From: a virus
DNA length: 64,000 bases
IMG/VR virus record: IMGVR_UViG_3300027906_000003
Span: 32,001 to 96,000 of that record
Direction: 5' to 3' (one strand)
In this document: positions 59,764 to 64,000 of the stretch, piece by piece
Position numbering within the stretch: position 1 is the stretch's first letter
How the letters are laid out: each line of letters opens with the position of its first letter
Notes under the pieces: model-generated
Told to the model about the DNA's origin: nothing
Seen by the model: only the letters and a program-made list of their open reading frames with translations
Databases searched by the model: none
Translations under genes and position numbers: made by a program

Positions 59764-60415
59764 TGATACGAGGAATGTCTTAAAGAATTTCTCAACAATA
59801 AACTCTGGTATTAAAGTTACCAGTGGTAAACAACTACAGACAATTTCAAATATGAAAAATATTCTGGCAGTTGCAACCGTAGATGAAGAGTTTCCACAGG
59901 ATTTCTCAATCTACAATCTACCTGAATTCTTAGGTGCAACTTCTCTATTAGAAGATGCAGACTTTCAATTCGGAGACGCAAGTGTGACCATATCAGATAG
60001 TAATTCTGCATTGGCATACTTTTATGCAAGTGAAGGAATGGTGACATCACCAGAAAAAATGATAACTATGCCAGACGCAGAGGTATCTTTTGATGTATCA
60101 TCAACACTTCTATCAGATTTAAACAAAGCTGCTAGTGTTCTAGGAGTGAATGATTTGATTCTTAAATCAGACGGAACTACCATGACATTGGAAGTGACAG
60201 ACAAAAAGAATGCAACATCTAATTCATTTAGTAGAACTGTAGGCACAGGTGACGGAACACCATTTACTTTTAATTTCAAGATTGATAATCTAAAAGTATT
60301 AGACGGAAACTATTCAGTTTCAGTATCGTCTAAAGGTATTTCTCACTTCAATAATAAAGATATAGAGTTAGAATACTTTATTGCACTTGAGCCAGACTCA
60401 AAGTATGGTCAGTAG
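59750..60415 (+). CDS. gp45: Sliding clamp gp45
   Basis: LKNFSTINSGI, F.IYNLPEFL, YFIALEPDS. Confidence 0.93.
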   Translation: MKISNDTRNVLKNFSTINSGIKVTSGKQLQTISNMKNILAVATVDEEFPQDFSIYNLPEFLGATSLLEDADFQFGDASVTISDSNSALAYFYASEGMVTSPEKMITMPDAEVSFDVSSTLLSDLNKAASVLGVNDLILKSDGTTMTLEVTDKKNATSNSFSRTVGTGDGTPFTFNFKIDNLKVLDGNYSVSVSSKGISHFNNKDIELEYFIALEPDSKYGQ

Positions 60416-60536
60416 ACATATATATAATAGTGTGAATAGGGTTATAGTCTCAGCTCTATACTCGGGATGTAAGAAATCTCATCAATCTTCAAGGGTTCTT
60501 ACAACAGTTAATTCGGAGGGGTTTTAACATCTTATT

Positions 60537-61478
60537 ATGAATACAGAATTTTTATTTGTTGAAAAGTATCGTCCTCAAAATATTGAGGACACGATACTAC
60601 CTGATTCAATCAAAGCTACTTTTAAAGAGTTCGTTAAACAAGAACAAATACCAAATCTCATGTTATGTGGTTCTGCAGGTTGTGGTAAAACAACCATTGC
60701 AAAGGCATTATGTAATGAACTTGGTGCAGACTTCATTGTTATAAACGGTTCAGATGAAGGAAGATTGATTGATACACTCAGAACTAAAATCAAAAACTTT
60801 GCATCAACAGTATCACTTTCAGGTGGACCTAAAGTTGTGATACTAGATGAGGCAGATTACATATCTGCTGATTCAGTGCAACCTGCATTGAGAAACTTTA
60901 TAGAAGAGTTCTCATCTAATTGCAGATTTATCTTTACTTGTAATTACAAGAACAGGATTATTCCACCTTTACATTCAAGAACAACAGTAATTGATTTTCT
61001 AATCAAACCATCAGACAAACCAGCTCTTGCAAAACAGATGATGAAAAGATGCAGAGAGATTTGTGAAACTGAGGGTATAGAAGCAGACAGCCAAGTCCTT
61101 GCAGAACTTATTATGAAGTTCTTTCCAGATTTCAGAAGATGTCTAAATGAGATTCAAAGATATGGTGCAAGTGGTGTTATTGATAGTGGATTATTATCCA
61201 CATTATCAGAAGAGAAACTTACGCCTCTTATAAATATGATAAAAGACAAGAAATGGTCCGACATGAGAAAATGGGTCGGACAGAATTCAGATAATGACTT
61301 CAATACACTTTATAGAAAGGTGTTTAATTCACTTGAATCTAAATTAGAACCAAGTTCCATACCAGCAGCTGTATTAATCATTGCAGACTATCAATACAAA
61401 TCTGCATTTTCAATGGATAGTGAAATCAATTTCGTTGCATGTCTTACAGAGATTATGTCGGAGTGTAAATTCAAATAA
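60537..61478 (+). CDS. gp44: Clamp loader large subunit gp44
   Basis: VEKYRP, GSAGCGKTT, ILDEAD, PLHSR, FPDFRR. Confidence 0.95.
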   Translation: MNTEFLFVEKYRPQNIEDTILPDSIKATFKEFVKQEQIPNLMLCGSAGCGKTTIAKALCNELGADFIVINGSDEGRLIDTLRTKIKNFASTVSLSGGPKVVILDEADYISADSVQPALRNFIEEFSSNCRFIFTCNYKNRIIPPLHSRTTVIDFLIKPSDKPALAKQMMKRCREICETEGIEADSQVLAELIMKFFPDFRRCLNEIQRYGASGVIDSGLLSTLSEEKLTPLINMIKDKKWSDMRKWVGQNSDNDFNTLYRKVFNSLESKLEPSSIPAAVLIIADYQYKSAFSMDSEINFVACLTEIMSECKFK

Positions 61479-61488
61479 TGGAGAAAAA

Positions 61489-61764
61489 ATGACACAATAT
61501 GATGATAGAGTTCAATTTCAAAGAGACTTATTAGCCGCTGAGGAGTGGGCATGGGGTTTTAAGTCTTTGCAAGTTCACGCATTACAGAGCATGTGGTATG
61601 ACGATAGACCAGAAGATACAGAAGATGGAACTAGTGTCACTGATGTTCAATACAATAACGGTGTGATTGTCAGGTCAAAGCAAGGTGAAGAGATTCATAG
61701 ATTCGGTAAAGCACTGAAAGGTGAAGAATTAGTCCGTTCATATTTAAGACATCAACAAAGATAA
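61489..61764 (+). CDS. Hypothetical protein inserted between gp44 and gp62
   Basis: GGAG SD before ATG 61489; fills the gap exactly. Confidence 0.65.
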   Translation: MTQYDDRVQFQRDLLAAEEWAWGFKSLQVHALQSMWYDDRPEDTEDGTSVTDVQYNNGVIVRSKQGEEIHRFGKALKGEELVRSYLRHQQR

Positions 61765-61765
61765 G

Positions 61766-62158
61766 ATGTCTAAACGAAATCCATTTGATTTTGTCAAGTC
61801 GGTCTCTTACGACAAAAAAGATATCATGGTTGATGATATCGAAGAGAAAGCATATCAACCATTCCTAGTAAATAAATCATTATCTTATCACGAAGATTGT
61901 ATCTTCTTGACCAACGAAATGAATACACGACACTCTACCGAGAGTCGTCTTCAATATGTATTTTTTCTAAATACCCTTAGAAGACGACAAAGGTTCTCCA
62001 AATGGAGTAAACCATATGTCTCAAAGAAACTCGATGTAATCAAACAGTATTATCAGGTATCCACAAGAGAGGCAAAAGAGTATGTTTCACTTTTATCTGA
62101 TAAACAGTATCGTGAGTTGAAGAATAGAATGCACCTTGGTGGTAGAAATAATGAATGA
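61766..62158 (+). CDS. gp62: Clamp loader small subunit gp62
   Basis: YQPFLVNKSLSY..D, NEMN, LQY.F.LN.LR.R.RFSKW. Confidence 0.92.
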   Translation: MSKRNPFDFVKSVSYDKKDIMVDDIEEKAYQPFLVNKSLSYHEDCIFLTNEMNTRHSTESRLQYVFFLNTLRRRQRFSKWSKPYVSKKLDVIKQYYQVSTREAKEYVSLLSDKQYRELKNRMHLGGRNNE

Positions 62159-62561
62159 AATAGACCCTATAGTAGAAACACTAGTAGAAATATCCTTTGA
62201 ACAAGAGGATGACTTCCTAAAAATAAGAGAAACCCTATCCAGAATAGGCGTTGCCTCTCGCAAAGAACAAGAACTTTTTCAATCATGCCATATCTTACAC
62301 AAAAGAGGTAAGTATTATATCGTGCATTTTAAAGAACTATTTGCACTTGATGGTAAACCAACCAACCTAGATGAGAATGATATTGGTAGGAGAAACACTA
62401 TCTGTAATCTACTTCAACAATGGAATCTTATCAAAGTCTTAAATCCTGACATGATAAAAGAACCAGAAGCACCACTTTCACAAGTCAAAATCATACCTTA
62501 TAAAGAAAAAGGTAATTGGAAATTGACAACAAAATACTCAATCGGCAGTAATAAAACCTAA
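62151..62561 (+). CDS. regA: Translational repressor RegA
   Basis: DDFLKIRETLSRIG, QSCHILHKRGKYYIVHFKELFALDG. Confidence 0.95.
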   Translation: MNEIDPIVETLVEISFEQEDDFLKIRETLSRIGVASRKEQELFQSCHILHKRGKYYIVHFKELFALDGKPTNLDENDIGRRNTICNLLQQWNLIKVLNPDMIKEPEAPLSQVKIIPYKEKGNWKLTTKYSIGSNKT

Positions 62562-62596
62562 ATAAACCAGATATTAATCAAATAAAGGAGGCGCAT

Positions 62597-62803
62597 ATGC
62601 TAACAGCAATCGCAGAATTTATTATGGGAATTTGGAATATATTAATGGTAATACCAGTTGTTATCTCTATTTGTAGTGTTATAGTTGCTTTAACTCCAAC
62701 ACCAGCAGACGATAAGATTTGGGCTAAAGTGTATAAATACTTAGAAGTTCTTGCACTAGCAATTGGTAAGGCAAAGGATAAGAATCCTTTGTTGGATAAA
62801 TAA
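62597..62803 (+). CDS. Small membrane protein (holin-like TPTP.DD motif)
   Basis: Hydrophobic N-half, ALTPTPADDK; AAGGAGG SD. Confidence 0.6.
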   Translation: MLTAIAEFIMGIWNILMVIPVVISICSVIVALTPTPADDKIWAKVYKYLEVLALAIGKAKDKNPLLDK

Positions 62804-62826
62804 GTATATAAATTAGAGGAAAAATT

Positions 62827-63081
62827 ATGGAATATGTAATTCTTGTAGTCGTTGGCCTTGCAGCGGTCTATTATTTCTTAGAGAAATCTATGAAAAATGA
62901 TAAACCTGTTGTTAAGAAACCAGCATCTAAGAAGCCTGTAAAAAAAGGTCCTTCACAAGCAGAATTGAAAAAACTAACTAAGGTTCAGTTGATTCAACTT
63001 GCAGAGAAGAACAAACTTAAAGTTAAAGTTTCAGGTTCAAAAGCAGAAGTGATTAAATCAATCCATTCTCAAATGAAATAA
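62827..63081 (+). CDS. Membrane-anchored basic protein with Rho-N/HeH-like C-domain
   Basis: N-terminal TM segment; LKKLTKVQLIQLAEK..L......KAEVIK.I. Confidence 0.6.
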   Translation: MEYVILVVVGLAAVYYFLEKSMKNDKPVVKKPASKKPVKKGPSQAELKKLTKVQLIQLAEKNKLKVKVSGSKAEVIKSIHSQMK

Positions 63082-63097
63082 CTTAGACTACCTAGTC

Positions 63098-63126
63098 AAA
63101 AAAGGGTGCTTATGTGCCCTTTTTTT
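63098..63126 (+). terminator. Rho-independent terminator
   Basis: AAAAAAGGGTGC-TTAT-GTGCCC followed by a T run. Confidence 0.8.
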
Positions 63127-63147
63127 ATGGGATTAGAAAGCCAAAAG

Positions 63148-63155
63148 TATAAATA
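63148..63155 (+). promoter_or_regulatory. T4-type late promoter TATAAATA
   Basis: Exact consensus 5 nt before ATG 63161. Confidence 0.8.
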
Positions 63156-63160
63156 ATGGC

Positions 63161-63457
63161 ATGGAAGATATCTTTGGATTAATAAGTGAAGTCGGAGCCC
63201 CTATTGCTGGAAGTCTAGTTATGGGGTTTTTTATCTTTACAGTAATCAAACAGATATTAGAAGGCGTAGTAGACGATATAAAAACTCTTACTATGTTCTG
63301 TAAGTCACTGGAAAACCGTGCAAGAACCATGTCTAACGAAATGATTAAGATAGATATGTTAGTAAGTTCAGCGTTAGAACTTAGGCCTGATATAGAGCGA
63401 GTCGCAAGGGCAGAGAACTTTATAGAAGACGGCAAAGTAGACGCTAGGAGAGACTAG
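63161..63457 (+). CDS. Membrane protein (paralog 1)
   Basis: LISEVGAPI followed by a TM segment and coiled coil. Confidence 0.7.
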   Translation: MEDIFGLISEVGAPIAGSLVMGFFIFTVIKQILEGVVDDIKTLTMFCKSLENRARTMSNEMIKIDMLVSSALELRPDIERVARAENFIEDGKVDARRD

Positions 63458-63711
63458 TGGAAAACCTGGCACAACTTATATCCGAATACGGATTTCCAAT
63501 CGTTATGATGGTTGGCTTGGGGTATTTTGTATACTACATCTGGTGGTTTGTCGGAGAAAAACTAGAACCAGAAATCGAAGAGCAACATATGGCATTAATA
63601 AGATTGATTGACCAAGTTCGTATGTTAGACCAAGACCTTATTCGACTGCAACAAAAGGTTGATGTAGTTTTAGAATATAGGGAAAATGAAAAGAAGAAGG
63701 AGATAAAATGA
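63457..63711 (+). CDS. Membrane protein (paralog 2)
   Basis: LISEYGFPI, TM segment, LIDQVRMLDQDLIRL; GTG start. Confidence 0.7.
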   Translation: MENLAQLISEYGFPIVMMVGLGYFVYYIWWFVGEKLEPEIEEQHMALIRLIDQVRMLDQDLIRLQQKVDVVLEYRENEKKKEIK

Positions 63712-64000
63712 AGAACACAGAAGGAAGCTTTACAGGTAAGAAACTTGCTTTAATCAAAATGGCAAAATCACCTATAGTTTTTATGTTTGTATGTCTCTTC
63801 CTATTACTTGTATCACTTCCATTATCTTCAACAGAGATAGTTCACAAGTTTAAAAATCCAAGTTTCAGTGGAATAGGAACAGCATCACATTATTTAACCG
63901 TGGAGAACCAAGAGTTTTCGCGTAAGAAAGCAATCGAAGAGGCCTTAGAGGCTGCGAGAAAAGCGGCTGAGAGAGAAGAGAATAACACAACCTTAGCAAA
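63708..64000 (+). CDS. csgF: CsgF-like curli assembly protein (3'-partial)
   Basis: Hand-translated: signal-peptide-like stretch then EIVHKFKNPSFSGIGTASHYLTVENQE, resembling the CsgF F.NP.F.G N-terminus. Confidence 0.6.
   Translation, partial: MKNTEGSFTGKKLALIKMAKSPIVFMFVCLFLLLVSLPLSSTEIVHKFKNPSFSGIGTASHYLTVENQEFSRKKAIEEALEAARKAAEREENNTTLA

Noticed and set aside
1-64000. tRNA genes or stop-codon reassignment
   Set aside because: No cloverleaf recognised in the short intergenic gaps by eye (tRNAscan not run). Core genes are full length under the standard code and TAA, TAG and TGA all serve as stops.

Overview
AT-rich segment of a T4-like myovirus genome, almost entirely on the + strand. The gene content (VrlC-like protein, ACP, peptide deformylase, CobS/CobT-like pair, CsgF-like gene, several 2OG-Fe(II) oxygenases) resembles marine pelagimyophage/cyanomyophage-type phages; that host link is inference. 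Gene order: baseplate gp7 (partial), gp8 and VrlC-like; an ~18 kb accessory fibre and modification island (11.6-29.9 kb); neck/tail/terminase/head genes gp13-gp23; gp3, UvsY, UvsW, gp55, gp47/46; PDF, CobT/CobS-like; gp45/44/62, RegA; membrane genes and a partial CsgF-like gene. Main observation: two independent adjacent gene pairs (13075-15200 and 23105-24749) encode Pro-punctuated repeat proteins. In each pair the irregular unit-length pattern of one protein is the exact mirror image of its partner's (25 and 26 units). Unit types are complementary (YIAN opposite xTY, Lys opposite Asp), with no DNA-level inverted repeat. This suggests antiparallel, sequence-complementary protein duplexes, probably capping trimeric fibres built from plug-and-socket modules. 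All product calls come from motif recognition and synteny, not database searches.
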